From the NCBI GenBank assembly GCA_963666765.1, contig OY762933.1, positions 716,074 through 780,073 of the forward strand: a stretch of DNA of 64,000 nt. The letters run 5' to 3'. The DNA is from Gammaproteobacteria bacterium. Lineage in GTDB: Bacteria; Pseudomonadota; Gammaproteobacteria; Steroidobacterales; Foliamicaceae. The position numbers and the translations under genes were made by a program. Positions 19,188-30,214 of the stretch are shown here, in pieces. Each line of letters opens with the position of its first letter. The stretch's first letter is position 1. The notes beneath the pieces are model-generated. The model saw nothing but the letters and a program-made list of their open reading frames with translations, had not been told where the DNA came from and searched no databases.

Positions 19188-19531
19188 GCGAGCCCTTGGA
19201 TGATTCCATTGCCGCGGTGCATTGTCGCAGCAATGCGCCCGCTAGACATTATGGCCTTTGGCCGGATTCTTGCGTGGATAGTAAGTGGAGGCGTTACAAG
19301 ATTGACCTACACTACGTCACTTAAGAAAAATCCAGCAAGAGGTTGCACAACCTGCATTCTGGATCGACCCTTGGAATTCAATGCCCGATGGGCCGAAAAC
19401 AGTTGATCCTCCCACATCCAAGATGGCTCGGGGCCAGGGGAACGGTCAGCATCGCACCGAAAGATTAAATCTTCAGGGCTGGTACAAGTCTCCTAGCCGT
19501 CTCTCCTGGATTCAAACGAAATAAAGAGCAT

Positions 19532-19910
19532 TCATTGATCCGATTTGCCTGCCCTGAGAGTCAAATCAATCACAACGACTTCGACGGCCACAACATTGAG
19601 AAAGTGGTTGGAGATTTCCGCCCAATAATCATTGAGGGCCTTTTGTAGACCGGCAACACCTACTCGTTTCCTGTTTATCAGCCACCGTCGCCCGGGCTTG
19701 CTCCCTTGCCAGACAAGAAGCATCACACCACATCCTTCCTGTTCATGCCGGAGATAATCCCCCGCAAGCTGATTGCGGAGCCTTTCGCAGAGATTGGGCC
19801 CGCTCCAGCACTTATCGAGGAGTTTGAGTTCTATCGGCACTGGAGATCGGACGTTTTCGGTTTGCAGCGAGATATCCATTCTCTGGCTGTTTGCCAGTTC
19901 GGGTTCCGGG
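19532..19910 (-). pseudogene. C-terminal PD-(D/E)xK nuclease fragment of a large defence-type protein
   Basis: EPELANSQRMDISL...PVPIELKLLDK.WSGPNLCERLRNQLAGDYLR; no native N-terminus. The 5' boundary is approximate. Confidence 0.5.
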
Positions 19911-20151
19911 CGATTGGTCGAACTGCGCGATTTGACTTTGGCTCGAACGATTGGCCGCACCACTTGCAATGCATCCGCAAGGTTCCTGTCGATGAAACTA
20001 TCTTGTAGTGGTCGTTGTTACTGGGCCTTCCAGAACCATCATGTTTGTTCGGCTTGTATTGAAGCCCGAAATTTGTGCACATCGGATTGCGGCAGGAGGC
20101 CCAGGAAAAGCTGGGCACGTCGAGTTCGGGTATCGCAATCGGGGAGAACAA
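19905..20151 (-). pseudogene. N-terminal zinc-ribbon fragment, transposase-like
   Basis: CRNPMCTNFG...CKWCGQSFEPKSN (CxxxxC...CxxC); the reading runs into the nuclease fragment in another frame. Confidence 0.35.
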
Positions 20152-20338
20152 GGGAATACGACCGTTACAGTACGTTTTCAGAAGATACAGTTAGGATCCC
20201 CGAAAGCCAAATTTTTGAGCTCTTGGGATTCTAATTGACCCGCAGAAAATCCCTAAAACGTTGATATGCAAGCAGTGTTGCTCAAGCCATTGCGGAGGTT
20301 TCCAGCGACTTATGCCAGAAAACTCTGAATGGCTATGA

Positions 20339-20426
20339 CGGAGGGAGTGGGATTCGAACCCACGTGGGGCGGATCGCCCCCATCTGATTTCGAATCAGCG
20401 CCGTTAGGCCTCTCCGGCATCCCTCC
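20339..20426 (-). tRNA. tRNA-Ser(CGA)
   Basis: Acceptor GGAGGGA/TCCCTCC, anticodon loop TT-CGA-AA, long variable arm, GGTTCGAATCC; followed by TCA instead of CCA. Confidence 0.93.
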
Positions 20427-20484
20427 GGGGGCGGATTATATGTTCCGTATCAGGGCCGATCGCCCCTGATCTCTTGCTGCAAAG

Positions 20485-21627
20485 CTAATCCAGGCGTTTG
20501 CTGAAGCGGAGCACCGGGACCAGCATCGCCACCAGAAAAAGGCCCGAGATGGCGTACATGCGAAACGCCATGTCGCCCAGGGTTGCGCCACGCAGAATGA
20601 TGCCGCGGGCCACTTCCACAAAGTGGGTAAGGGGGAACAGGTACGCAATCCACTGCACGACTTTCGGCATGCCCTCGAAGGGAAACATGAAGCCGGACAA
20701 AAGCAGCATGGGCAGCATGAACATGATCGCGCCCTGAATTGCCTGGAACTGGGTCCGGGCGAACGTGGAAATGGAAAGGCCGATCCCGAGCGTGGCGGCA
20801 ACGAACACCAGGCTGGCCAGATACAGATGCAGAAGCGATCCGGCCGTCGGCACACGGAAAAGCCAGCTCCCGGCGAAGTACACGATGGTGACCTGGGCCA
20901 GCCCGATCAGGATGTAGGGCGCGATCTTGCCGAGCATCAGTTCGTGGTTGCGTACCGGCGTGGTAATCAGGAACTCCAGGTTGCCGCGTTCGCGTTCGCG
21001 CACCACCGCCACCGAGGTGAACACGATCATGGTGAAGTTGAGGATGACACCCACCAGGGCCGGGACAATCTGAACCGCCGAACGCCGCTCCGGGTTGTAG
21101 TAATTGCGAATTGCAAGCGTCATTTCAAACTGACCGCCTTGTCGGCGAACCGCAGGCAGGAACTGGGCGATGCGTTCGGTGGCCGTGATCCGGGACGGAT
21201 CGCTGGCATCCACCATCAATTGGGCCACCGGCCGGCCGCCATCGCTGAGCCGGCGCTCGAAATCGGCGGGAATGTACAAGACCGTACGAATGGACCCGCG
21301 ACGCATCTCGTCCAGCAATTCCGGCACGTCACCGGCCCTGCGTACGAAATCGACCACCTGGCTGGCCTTCAGCGCGCTCGCCAGTTGCCTCGACATGGAC
21401 GTGTCCGCATGGTCCACCAGGCCCGAGGGAGCGTGACGCACATCGACGTTGATGGCGTAGCCGAAAAGGACAATCTGAAGCAGCGGCAGTCCCAGGATCA
21501 TCCCCAGGGTCATGCGTTCGCGGAAAAGCTGCTGAACCTCCTTGGCGACAATGGCCGAGGTCCGCAGAAGTGACCGCCAGGCGCCCGTGCCGATGCCGGT
21601 CGCTGGAGCCACCGGGCGCTCAGGCAT
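20485..21627 (-). CDS. ABC-2 type transporter permease (YbhR/S-like)
   Basis: LFGYAINVDVRH, RERERGNLEFLITTP, LLSGFMFP. Confidence 0.88.
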   Translation of the reverse strand: MPERPVAPATGIGTGAWRSLLRTSAIVAKEVQQLFRERMTLGMILGLPLLQIVLFGYAINVDVRHAPSGLVDHADTSMSRQLASALKASQVVDFVRRAGDVPELLDEMRRGSIRTVLYIPADFERRLSDGGRPVAQLMVDASDPSRITATERIAQFLPAVRRQGGQFEMTLAIRNYYNPERRSAVQIVPALVGVILNFTMIVFTSVAVVRERERGNLEFLITTPVRNHELMLGKIAPYILIGLAQVTIVYFAGSWLFRVPTAGSLLHLYLASLVFVAATLGIGLSISTFARTQFQAIQGAIMFMLPMLLLSGFMFPFEGMPKVVQWIAYLFPLTHFVEVARGIILRGATLGDMAFRMYAISGLFLVAMLVPVLRFSKRLD

Positions 21628-22564
21628 GCCGATTGCCCCCAAAGCCGGTCGCGGCCACGAATACGTCTTCGAGCGTAGCCGGCGTCCTGCGAACAGCGCC
21701 CCCCAGGTGCGCTTCGGCCAGAAGGTTTTGGACCCTGTCCGCGGGCGCCTCCAGTTCCGGAAGCAGCATGACCCGCAGCCGGTTGCCGAGCTGGGTTACG
21801 GCGCGCACCCAGTCCTGCGTGTCCAGCAGCGCACGGGTCCGGCGCGGCGCCTCTGTGTCGATTTCCACGGTCAGCGCTTCCAGTCGATTCATCAGATCGC
21901 GTGGCGCGCCCTCGCGCACCATGGCTCCACGGTCCAGAAAAGTCAGCCGGTGACAGCGTTCCGCCTCGTCCATGAAGTGCGTGGAAACCAGTATCGTGGC
22001 GCCCTGCTCAGCAAGCTCGAAGAGACGATCCCAGAAGTCGCGGCGGCTCTGTGGATCGACGGCGCTGGTGGGCTCGTCCAGCAGCAGCAACTGAGGCTCG
22101 TGCAGGGTCACGGCCGCGAGCGCCAGCCGCTGCCGCTGCCCACCGCTCAGGGTTCCCGCCAGTCGGGAATGCAGGCTCTCCAGTTGGTACAGCGCGCTGT
22201 TGGCGGCAATACGCTCCTTCATGCGCCGTTGCCCAAGGCTGAATGCGCGCGCCACGAAGCGCAGATTCTCAATCACGGTCAGGTCCTGGTACAGCGAGAA
22301 CTTCTGGGTCATGTATCCCATCCGCAGGCGCAGCTTCTCGGCTTCCTCGGGCACGCGGCAGCCGAGTACGGTGGCGTGGCCCGCGGAGGGCGCAAGTAAT
22401 CCGCACAACAGCCGCATCGTGGTGGACTTGCCGGAACCGTTGGGCCCCAGAAAACCGAAGATGCGCCCACGCGGCACGTCCAGGTTCAGATCATCAACGG
22501 CGGTCACCGCTCCGAACCGCCGCGTCAGGCCGCAGCACGAAATGGCGTAGTCGTTACCGTTCAT
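21620..22564 (-). CDS. ABC transporter ATP-binding protein
   Basis: GPNGSGKST, LSGGQRQR, LLLLDEPT, STHFMDEAERC. Confidence 0.92.
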   Translation of the reverse strand: MNGNDYAISCCGLTRRFGAVTAVDDLNLDVPRGRIFGFLGPNGSGKSTTMRLLCGLLAPSAGHATVLGCRVPEEAEKLRLRMGYMTQKFSLYQDLTVIENLRFVARAFSLGQRRMKERIAANSALYQLESLHSRLAGTLSGGQRQRLALAAVTLHEPQLLLLDEPTSAVDPQSRRDFWDRLFELAEQGATILVSTHFMDEAERCHRLTFLDRGAMVREGAPRDLMNRLEALTVEIDTEAPRRTRALLDTQDWVRAVTQLGNRLRVMLLPELEAPADRVQNLLAEAHLGGAVRRTPATLEDVFVAATGFGGNRHA

Positions 22565-22614
22565 TTAAGCGGTTCACTCAAATGCAGCTCACGGAAGTAG
22601 CTCACTCAAGCGAT

Positions 22615-23607
22615 TCAATTGAGTGACGGAAAATCCACCTCCACCGGCAAACCGGCGGGCAGCTCCCTGTATTTTTGTTCCTCGACCTTCACCTCGGCCA
22701 GATAGACCAGACGTGCGCGGTCCCGCTGGGTAAGCGAAAAATAGGGTGTGAACGCCGCATCCGAAGAAACGAACGACACTGTGCCCCTGACCTCCTCAGT
22801 TACGCCGTCCACCTTAAGCGTCGCCGGCAAACCCGTTTGCACCCGGGCGCGCAGCGGCTCGGGCACATAGACCCGCGCATGCAGGGTATCGGCGGCCAGT
22901 ATCACAGCGACTGTGGCGCCCGCAGGCGGCCGCTCCCCCAGTTCATACGGAAGCGCCTCGACAACACCTTTTCTGGGCGCCAGGATCTCAAGGCGGCCGG
23001 CGCTGATGCGCAACCTTTCCAGCCTGGCATTGGCTTCCGCCACTGCAGCCTCCGCCTGGCCCAGTTCCTCCACGGTGGCCCCGTCCAGCAGATCCTCCAG
23101 CACCGCCCCCAGCGCCTCCACATCGGTCCGCGCCACTTCCACGGACCTCAGGGCCCGGTCCACATCGTTCTGACTTGTAATGTTCTGCTCGGCGAGGTCC
23201 TTGAGGCGCAGATGCTCCCGGGTGCTCACCTGGAGGATCTCCCGGGCCCCGTCGAAGCGTGCCCGGGCAGCGCGTATAGCCTCCTCACGCGGTCCACGCA
23301 TAAGTTCAGCCAAACGCTGCCGGACCCTGGCGACCGCTGCCTCTGCCGCCTTGAGGTCCTGTTTCACTCGCGCCTGGTCCTGGCGCATCAGCAGATCACC
23401 CACCTCAACGCGCTGGCCTTCCACCACTTTCACCTCCACGATGGGTTCCTGAAACTCCGCGACCAGTTCGACCCGGTCGCGCTCCAGCGTGCCGACCAGC
23501 GGCAGCGGCGACGGGTCGTTCGTGCAGGCCGCGGCGAGCAGGGTGCAGACAATCAGCCCGGCGGACGCTGGCTTGCGTAGCGCTGTGTGGGGTGGTTCGG
23601 GGAGCAC
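22615..23607 (-). CDS. HlyD-family membrane fusion protein
   Basis: Lipoprotein-like signal (LAAAC), lipoyl half-motifs VKVVEGQRVEVGDLL and ILAPRKGVV, FTPY motif. Confidence 0.85.
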   Translation of the reverse strand: MLPEPPHTALRKPASAGLIVCTLLAAACTNDPSPLPLVGTLERDRVELVAEFQEPIVEVKVVEGQRVEVGDLLMRQDQARVKQDLKAAEAAVARVRQRLAELMRGPREEAIRAARARFDGAREILQVSTREHLRLKDLAEQNITSQNDVDRALRSVEVARTDVEALGAVLEDLLDGATVEELGQAEAAVAEANARLERLRISAGRLEILAPRKGVVEALPYELGERPPAGATVAVILAADTLHARVYVPEPLRARVQTGLPATLKVDGVTEEVRGTVSFVSSDAAFTPYFSLTQRDRARLVYLAEVKVEEQKYRELPAGLPVEVDFPSLN

Positions 23608-23655
23608 TGTGGATGGGGATGGCTATTGGAAGTCAATGATAGCCAAGTGAGTACT

Positions 23656-23713
23656 GAGGGCGGGACGCCCTCGCCCAGGGGACGCTCTCCCAGGAGACGC
23701 CCTCGCCCCCGGG
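23656..23713. repeat. REP-like GC-rich tandem/hairpin cluster
   Basis: GAGGGCG-GGA-CGCCCTC hairpin and three GACGCYCTC(G)CCC units; same hairpin type as 3304-3321. Confidence 0.55.
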
Positions 23714-24184
23714 TTAGCGGCGCGACTGGAAGAAGGAACGCAGCAATTCGGCTGACTCTTCTTCCAGGAGGCCGGACTGCACTTCACAGCGGTGATTGAG
23801 GGATTTGTTGTGCAGAACGTTGAAGACGCTGCCGGCTGCGCCCGATCGGGGATCGCGCGCCGAAAAAACCACGCGTGCCACGCGCGCCAGGACGAGGGCG
23901 CCGGCGCACATTGCGCAGGGTTCCAGCGTAACGAAAAGTTCGGCCCCCGGGAGCCGGTAGTTGCCTGCACGGGCACAGGCCGTGCGCAGCGCCTCGATTT
24001 CGGCGTGGGCGGTGGGGTCCGCAGCCTCGATCATGCGGTTCCTGCCCTCGCCGACGACACGGCCGTCCAGCACCAGCACGGCGCCCACCGGCACCTCGCC
24101 GTCCTCGCCTGCCTGCCCGGCAAGCTCCAGGGCGCGCCGCATGAAATGCTCCTCGTCGGCCGCAAGCGGCGTGGCCACACTCAT
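23714..24184 (-). CDS. tadA: tRNA adenosine(34) deaminase
   Basis: [32 protein letters not shown]. Confidence 0.93.
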   Translation of the reverse strand: MSVATPLAADEEHFMRRALELAGQAGEDGEVPVGAVLVLDGRVVGEGRNRMIEAADPTAHAEIEALRTACARAGNYRLPGAELFVTLEPCAMCAGALVLARVARVVFSARDPRSGAAGSVFNVLHNKSLNHRCEVQSGLLEEESAELLRSFFQSRR

Positions 24185-25722
24185 TCCCACTCGATGGTCG
24201 CCGGCGGCTTGGAGGATATGTCGTAGGTTACGCGGGAAATGCCGGACACCTCGTTGCAGATGCGGCCCGCCACCCGCTCGAGCAATTCCATGGGCAGCCG
24301 GCTCGGACTTGCGGTCATGAAATCGGACGTGTTCACACAGCGCAGGGCAATGACCGGCTCATAGCGCCGCCCGTCGCCCTTTACCGCAACACTGCGCGAA
24401 GGGATGAACACGGCAAACGCCTGGGCAACGCGGTCGTACCAGCCGGCGCTGCGCAGCTCGGAAATGTATATGTCGTCGGCGCACCGCAGCTGCTCGACAG
24501 CTTCCGCCTGCACCTCCCCCAGTACCCGCACCGCGAGCCCGGGGCCCGGAAACGGATGCCGGCCGATCAGTTCCTCCGGCAGGCCCAGGTCCAGGCCCAC
24601 CTTGCGCACCTCGTCCTTGAACAGGAGCCGCAACGGCTCCAGGAGCTTGAGTTTCATCCTCTCCGGCAGACCACCGACGTTATGGTGCGACTTGATCAGA
24701 TGCGCCTTGCCGGTGTGCGCGGCGGCGGATTCGATGACGTCCGGATAAATCGTGCCCTGCGCCAGCCACTCGACGCCCGGAATTTCGGCCGCTTTCTGTT
24801 CGAACACTTCGATGAAGCAGCGCCCGATGGCCTTGCGCTTGTCCTCGGGGTCGCTCAAGCCCTCAAGCGCCGCGAACATGCGCTGGCGCGCATCCACCAC
24901 CGTGACACGCACGCCCAGCCGCCCCAGGCTGTCCACCACCTGCTCGGCCTCGTTCAGTCGCAACAGGCCGTGATCCACGAGAACGCAATGCAGGCGCTCG
25001 CCCACGGCTTTCCGAAGCAGCGCCGAGAGCACGGAAGAGTCGACGCCCCCGGACAGGGCCAGCAGGACGTTGCCTTGCTTTGCGGTCCGGCGAATGTCCT
25101 CAATGGCGCTCCGCGCAATCGCGGCCGGCGCCCAGTCGCTGCCCAGGCCACAAATTTCATGCACGAAGCGTTCGATCATCTGCTGGCCGTGCCGGGTATG
25201 GGTGACCTCGGGGTGGAACTGCACCCCGAACATCCCCCTTCCCTGGTCGGCGATCGCCGCCAGTGGCGCATTGTCGCTTGCGGCGATGCCCGTAAAGCCC
25301 TCCGGCAGCCCGTTCACGTGGTCGCCATGGCTCATCCACACTTCGAGCGGTTCATCGGACAGGCCGGAAAGCAAGTCGTTCTGCGCCGTCACACGCACTT
25401 CGGCGGGGCCGAACTCGGACTTGTCGGCGAATTCCACGCTGCCGCCGAGCTGATGGGCGATGGTCTGCATTCCGTAGCAGATACCCAGCACCGGCTTTCC
25501 CAGGCCGAAGACGCTCTGCGGAACCCTGGGCGTGCGCCCGCCGGTAACCGAAAGGGGTCCGCCGGAAAGGACGACGCCCGCCGGTGCGAACTTGCGCACG
25601 GCCTCGTCGCCCGCGTCCCAGGGCATGATCTCGGAATAGACTCCCGCCTCGCGGATTCGGCGGGCAATCAGTTGCGTGGTTTGCGATCCGAAGTCAAGGA
25701 TCAGGATACGTCCCTGTGTCAC
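24181..25722 (-). CDS. guaA: GMP synthase (glutamine-hydrolysing)
   Basis: [43 protein letters not shown]. Confidence 0.97.
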   Translation of the reverse strand: MTQGRILILDFGSQTTQLIARRIREAGVYSEIMPWDAGDEAVRKFAPAGVVLSGGPLSVTGGRTPRVPQSVFGLGKPVLGICYGMQTIAHQLGGSVEFADKSEFGPAEVRVTAQNDLLSGLSDEPLEVWMSHGDHVNGLPEGFTGIAASDNAPLAAIADQGRGMFGVQFHPEVTHTRHGQQMIERFVHEICGLGSDWAPAAIARSAIEDIRRTAKQGNVLLALSGGVDSSVLSALLRKAVGERLHCVLVDHGLLRLNEAEQVVDSLGRLGVRVTVVDARQRMFAALEGLSDPEDKRKAIGRCFIEVFEQKAAEIPGVEWLAQGTIYPDVIESAAAHTGKAHLIKSHHNVGGLPERMKLKLLEPLRLLFKDEVRKVGLDLGLPEELIGRHPFPGPGLAVRVLGEVQAEAVEQLRCADDIYISELRSAGWYDRVAQAFAVFIPSRSVAVKGDGRRYEPVIALRCVNTSDFMTASPSRLPMELLERVAGRICNEVSGISRVTYDISSKPPATIEWE

Positions 25723-27188
25723 GCGCGACCCCGATAGTTGGGGGCCTCCTTGGTTATGGCCACATCGTGCACATGGCTTTCCTTCATGCCGGCCCCGGTG
25801 ATTCTCACGAACTGCGCCCTGGAGCGTAATTCGTCGATCGATGCGCAGCCGGTGTAGCCCATGGCCGCGCGCAGCCCCCCTGTCAATTGCTGGACGATGG
25901 TCACCAGGCTGCCCTTGTACGGCACCCTGCCCTCGATCCCCTCCGGAACCAGCTTTTCAAGCTGTTCGGTCGAGTCCTGCTGATAGCGGTCGGACGACCC
26001 GTGCTGCTGCGACATCGCGCCCAGCGAACCCATGCCCCTGTAGGACTTGTAGGACCTGCCCTGATACAGCTCCACCTCGCCCGGGGCCTCTTCCGTTCCG
26101 GCGAACAGGCTGCCGATCATGGCGCAATGCGCGCCGGCCGCAAGCGCCTTGGCGATGTCCCCTGAATAGCGAACGCCGCCGTCGGCGATCACGGGAACGT
26201 CATACTTGGCGGCAGCGGCCGATACTTCGGCAACCGCCGTGATCTGGGGCACGCCCACGCCGGCAACGATGCGCGTGGTGCAGATGGACCCGGGGCCGAC
26301 ACCGGCCTTGACCCCGTCCACGCCGGCCTTGATCAGCGCCTCCGCCCCTTCGCCGCTGATCACGTTGCCGGCGATCAGGCGCATGTCCGGGTAATTGGCC
26401 CGCAACCACGTGACCCGCTCGATGACGCCGCGGCTGTGTCCGTGCGCGGTATCCACGACCAGGACGTCAACGCCCGCTTCTCCCAGCAGCGCCGCGCGTT
26501 CCTCGGTATCGGCCCCCGCGCCCACTGCCGCAGCCACCCGAAGGGCGCCCCGATCGTCCTTGCAGGCCCGCGGGAAATCGCTCGCCTTCTGGAAATCCTT
26601 GGCGGTAATCAGCCCCTTGAGCTGAAAATTCTCGTCCACCACCAGCACCTTCTCGATGCGGTGCTTGTGCAGCAGCGACAGCACTTCGTCCTCGTCGGGA
26701 TTCTCCTTGACCGTGACCAGGCGCTCCTCGGGGGTCATCACCTCGCGAACCGGGCGGTCGAGGCGGGTCTCGAAGCGCAGGTCGCGGTTCGTGACGATGC
26801 CCGTCAGGCGGCCGTTGTCCTCCACCGGCAGGCCCGAGATATTGTTCCGCCGGGTGATTTCCAGCACCTCGCGAACACTCTCGTCGGGATTGACGGTGAT
26901 CGGATCGGAAACGATGCCCGATGCGTATTTCTTGACCGCCGCCACGTGCCGCGCCTGGAGTTCCGGGGCCATGTTCTTGTGAATCACGCCCAGTCCCCCT
27001 TCCTGGGCGAGCGTGATCGCAAGCGCCGATTCCGTCACCGTGTCCATCGCCGCCGACATCACGGGGATATTGAGCTCGATGCCCCGCGCCGCGGCTGTTG
27101 CCAGACTCACCTCCCTGGGCAGGACCTCCGAGTAGGCGGGCGCCAGAAGAACATCATCGAAGGTCAGGGCTTCCTGAATGATTCGCAT
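25719..27188 (-). CDS. guaB: IMP dehydrogenase
   Basis: [12 protein letters not shown] pair, [26 protein letters not shown]. Confidence 0.97.
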   Translation of the reverse strand: MRIIQEALTFDDVLLAPAYSEVLPREVSLATAAARGIELNIPVMSAAMDTVTESALAITLAQEGGLGVIHKNMAPELQARHVAAVKKYASGIVSDPITVNPDESVREVLEITRRNNISGLPVEDNGRLTGIVTNRDLRFETRLDRPVREVMTPEERLVTVKENPDEDEVLSLLHKHRIEKVLVVDENFQLKGLITAKDFQKASDFPRACKDDRGALRVAAAVGAGADTEERAALLGEAGVDVLVVDTAHGHSRGVIERVTWLRANYPDMRLIAGNVISGEGAEALIKAGVDGVKAGVGPGSICTTRIVAGVGVPQITAVAEVSAAAAKYDVPVIADGGVRYSGDIAKALAAGAHCAMIGSLFAGTEEAPGEVELYQGRSYKSYRGMGSLGAMSQQHGSSDRYQQDSTEQLEKLVPEGIEGRVPYKGSLVTIVQQLTGGLRAAMGYTGCASIDELRSRAQFVRITGAGMKESHVHDVAITKEAPNYRGRA

Positions 27189-27226
27189 GGACCGAACCCA
27201 TTGCGCAACAAGCTATCATCTTACAA

Positions 27227-28606
27227 ATGCGTGGCGAAGTGGTAAACCTCGGCGCGGGCGAGCGGACCGAAAACGCGCCATTGCTGCAAGTGGGGCAATT
27301 GGTCCAGCTCATCGCAGCCCGCCTCAGGGACGAGTTTGCGGCAGTAAGGGTGGAAGGCGAAATCGCCGATTTCAGCCATTACCGCGGACGGCACATGTAT
27401 TTCAAGCTGAAGGACGAGGACGCGCTGATTCAGTGCGCCATGTTCGCCTCCGCCAATCGCCGCCTCAATTTCACACCGGCCGACGGCCAGCGCGTCATCG
27501 CCATCGGCCAGGTGCAGGCGTACACGCCGCGCAGCAGCTACCAGCTGATCGTCTCGGACATGCGCGAGACCGGTGTCGGCAAACTCCTGCAGCAATTCGA
27601 AGCGCTCAAGCGCAAGCTCAAGGACGAGGGGCTGTTTGACGAGGAGCGCAAGCGTCCGCTGCCCCTTCTTCCGAGACGAATCGGGCTGGTCAGTTCACGC
27701 GAGAGCGCGGCGGCGCGGGACGTCGTCACCGTATTGCGCAAACGGTTCCCGGCCCTGCCCGTGGTGCTCTATCACACCCAGGTGCAGGGCGCCGCCGCCG
27801 CCGAACAGGTCGTCTCCGCGCTGCGCGCGCTCGCCGAACACAATGCCTGCGATCTGGTGATCCTGGCGCGCGGGGGCGGCGACCTTGAGGACCTGGCCAC
27901 TTTCAACGACGAACACCTGGCGCGATTCATCGCGGCCTTTCCGATACCGCTGATCAGCGGAGTCGGCCACGAAACGGACTATACGATCGCCGATTTCGTC
28001 GCCGACCGAAGGGCGGCAACCCCATCGCAGGCGGCCGAAATCGCCACCCCGGATGCCTCCGACTGGCTGCGGCGCGTGGAACGGGCCGGAAACAGCATCG
28101 AGCAGGCAACCGCGTCGCTGCTGTCGGGGCAGGCCCGATCGCTGAATCAACTGCTGGGAAGGCTGACCCGGGCCGGGCCGCCGGCGCGGCTGATGCAATG
28201 CGGTCAGCGCCTTGACGAACTGCACGAGCGGTTGCGCGGCGCCGCCTTCAGGCTCCCGGCTCCCGGCGCACAGTCGCTGAGCGCGCTGAGGGCCCGGCTG
28301 TTGGCCGGTTCGCCGATGAATGCGGCCCGCGGCCACCGGGCCCGGCTCAAGTGGGTGATACCACGCCTCGGCGCAGCTGCGCACAAGCTGATTTCCGACT
28401 CAAACCGGCGCCTGGACGTAGCCCGCTCGGCGCTGCGCGGGCTGGGCCCCGAGAATACGCTCAATCGCGGCTACGCCATCGTAACCGGCCCGCAAGGCCA
28501 GGTGCTCACCGACGCGGCCGGGGTGGCGGCCGGCAGTGAAATCCGGGCGCAACTGGCCCGCGGAACCCTGCACGCCCGGGTACGAAAGGCGGCAGATTCA
28601 GACTGA
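27227..28606 (+). CDS. xseA: Exodeoxyribonuclease VII large subunit
   Basis: VEGEIADF...HMYFKLKD, LARGGG, SGVGHETD, TPSQAAE, LNRGYAIV. Confidence 0.95.
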   Translation: MRGEVVNLGAGERTENAPLLQVGQLVQLIAARLRDEFAAVRVEGEIADFSHYRGRHMYFKLKDEDALIQCAMFASANRRLNFTPADGQRVIAIGQVQAYTPRSSYQLIVSDMRETGVGKLLQQFEALKRKLKDEGLFDEERKRPLPLLPRRIGLVSSRESAAARDVVTVLRKRFPALPVVLYHTQVQGAAAAEQVVSALRALAEHNACDLVILARGGGDLEDLATFNDEHLARFIAAFPIPLISGVGHETDYTIADFVADRRAATPSQAAEIATPDASDWLRRVERAGNSIEQATASLLSGQARSLNQLLGRLTRAGPPARLMQCGQRLDELHERLRGAAFRLPAPGAQSLSALRARLLAGSPMNAARGHRARLKWVIPRLGAAAHKLISDSNRRLDVARSALRGLGPENTLNRGYAIVTGPQGQVLTDAAGVAAGSEIRAQLARGTLHARVRKAADSD

Positions 28607-29923
28607 CGGTTCCGTGTAGGGGTTTGCGGCGGTGCGTAATTCAATGCGTATCGGGGTCCCCCACAGGCCGAATCGGATTCGCACACGGCGCGCCAGATAA
28701 CGGCGGAAACTGGCCGGCAGATGTTTCGTCTGCCGCCCGTGAATAACGATCAGCGGCGGCCGCTTGCCGCCCTGATGGGCGTAGTTGAGCCGAATCCTGC
28801 GCCCGCCGCGCCTCGGCGTCGCGTGCTCCTCCACGGCCTTGCGCAGCACCGCGTTGAGTTGCCCGGTAGGCAGGTCGCGGCTTGCTGCCTCGACGCCGGC
28901 CAGGGCGCTGTCGAGCAGCTTCCTCACCCGCCAACCGCGCAGTGCCGATACCCGGTGCAGGTCGATGAAATCCAGGAATTTCAATTGCCGCGCCAATTCG
29001 TCGTTCAAGCGGCTTCGTTCGGAGGCCGCAACCCGGTCCCACTGATTTGCGCCGATAACCAGCGCCCGGCCGCGGTCCAGCGCCAGGGCGATCAGCCTCA
29101 GGTCCTGCTCCGTGGCGCCTTCGCGGGCATCGAGCAGGACGATTACGGCGTCGGCCTGCTCGATCGCCTGCAATGCCTGCGTCACCGACAGCCGCTCGGG
29201 TCCGGGATCGACCCGTGGCCGTCGCCTTATGCCGGCGGTATCCACCAGCGTGCAGGGTTCATCGCCGTAATCGAAGTCCAGCGGCACGCTGTCACGCGTG
29301 GTGCCGGCCTGGTCCTGAACCAGCATGCGCTCCTCTCCCAGGTATTGGTTCACGAGGGTCGATTTGCCCACATTGGGACGGCCGATGATCGCAATCCGGG
29401 TACGTCCCCGGTCCGCCTCCGGAGTTGCCGCGCCGACCGGCAGGGCGCGCGACAGCGCTTCCGTCAGCCCCGTCACCCCGTCCCCTCGGAGCGCCGAAAT
29501 GGCATGCGGGTCGGGAATCCCCAGCGAGTGAAATTCCGCCACGCTCATTTCCGCGGGCTGCCCTTCGCTTTTGTTGACCGCGAGGATAACGGTGGCCCCC
29601 GCTTCACGCATCCATCCCGCCGCCGCCTCATCCGCAGGGCAGAGCCCCTGACGTGCGTCGGTAAGCAGAACGGCAAGATCGCTTTCCGCCAGCGCGCGCT
29701 CGAATTGCACACGAAGCGCTTTGTCCCATTCGCCGCCTTCGCCCACGCCAGGCGTATCGACCAGGATTACGCGCCTGCCGCCCAGGCTGGCGAGGCAGTG
29801 GCGGCGGTCGCGCGTCAGCCCGGGAAAATCGGCGACCAGGGCTTCGCGTTTACCGGCAAGCCGGTTGAAGAGCGTGGATTTTCCTACGTTGGGCCGCCCG
29901 GTAAGGGCCACGACCGGTAACAT
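28598..29923 (-). CDS. der: Ribosome biogenesis GTPase Der (EngA)
   Basis: Two G-domains, each with GRPNVGKST, plus DTPG/DTAG and a C-terminal KH-like GTPIRI. Confidence 0.95.
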   Translation of the reverse strand: MLPVVALTGRPNVGKSTLFNRLAGKREALVADFPGLTRDRRHCLASLGGRRVILVDTPGVGEGGEWDKALRVQFERALAESDLAVLLTDARQGLCPADEAAAGWMREAGATVILAVNKSEGQPAEMSVAEFHSLGIPDPHAISALRGDGVTGLTEALSRALPVGAATPEADRGRTRIAIIGRPNVGKSTLVNQYLGEERMLVQDQAGTTRDSVPLDFDYGDEPCTLVDTAGIRRRPRVDPGPERLSVTQALQAIEQADAVIVLLDAREGATEQDLRLIALALDRGRALVIGANQWDRVAASERSRLNDELARQLKFLDFIDLHRVSALRGWRVRKLLDSALAGVEAASRDLPTGQLNAVLRKAVEEHATPRRGGRRIRLNYAHQGGKRPPLIVIHGRQTKHLPASFRRYLARRVRIRFGLWGTPIRIELRTAANPYTEPSV

Positions 29924-29944
29924 GGCGCCGATCCTCCATGCCTG

Positions 29945-30214
29945 CTAGTGTGCTGTCCCATAAGTTCGTTGCCTTTCAGAGCGGGCCTGAAGCGTCAATG
30001 CAAGGCGACGACCGCAGGGAATACTGCCCGTATTGCCCAGGGCGGCAACGCCGCAGTGGCGCTTCAGGCCCACTCCCGAAGGGCGCGTCCCCTGCGGCCT
30101 GTGGCCGCGTTGCGCTCCTTGGCAATGGGAGGCGCCATTCCCGGCGGAACGCGCCTTGCCACACGCCGCAGGGGACGCGCTGAAAGACAACGAACTTATG
30201 GGACAGCACACTAG
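29945..30214. mobile_element. 270-bp CTAG-ended structured element, copy A (MITE/REPIN-like)
   Basis: 35-bp terminal inverted repeats (34/35) and two internal arms; begins immediately after the bamB TGA. Confidence 0.8.

Larger units (their letters stand above)
9349..20345. mobile_element. tRNA-Ser-anchored defence island (no intact integrase seen)
   Basis: Visibly AT-richer than the flanks; carries R-M, nuclease and IS cargo; bounded by the tRNA-Ser 3' end and a short matching CGGAGGG at 9349-9355. Confidence 0.65.

Noticed and set aside
19219-19236. GCATTG-N6-CAATGC palindrome upstream of the Type IIG gene
   Set aside because: A 6-bp dyad is expected by chance, and no controller protein gene is adjacent.
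9320-20340. Prophage interpretation of either island
   Set aside because: No structural, terminase, replication or integrase genes seen; the cargo is defence- and IS-type.
29945-30214. Two 88-aa ORFs starting MCCPISSL on opposite strands
   Set aside because: Artefacts of the terminal inverted repeats of the structured element; the same applies to short ORFs across 47106-47531.
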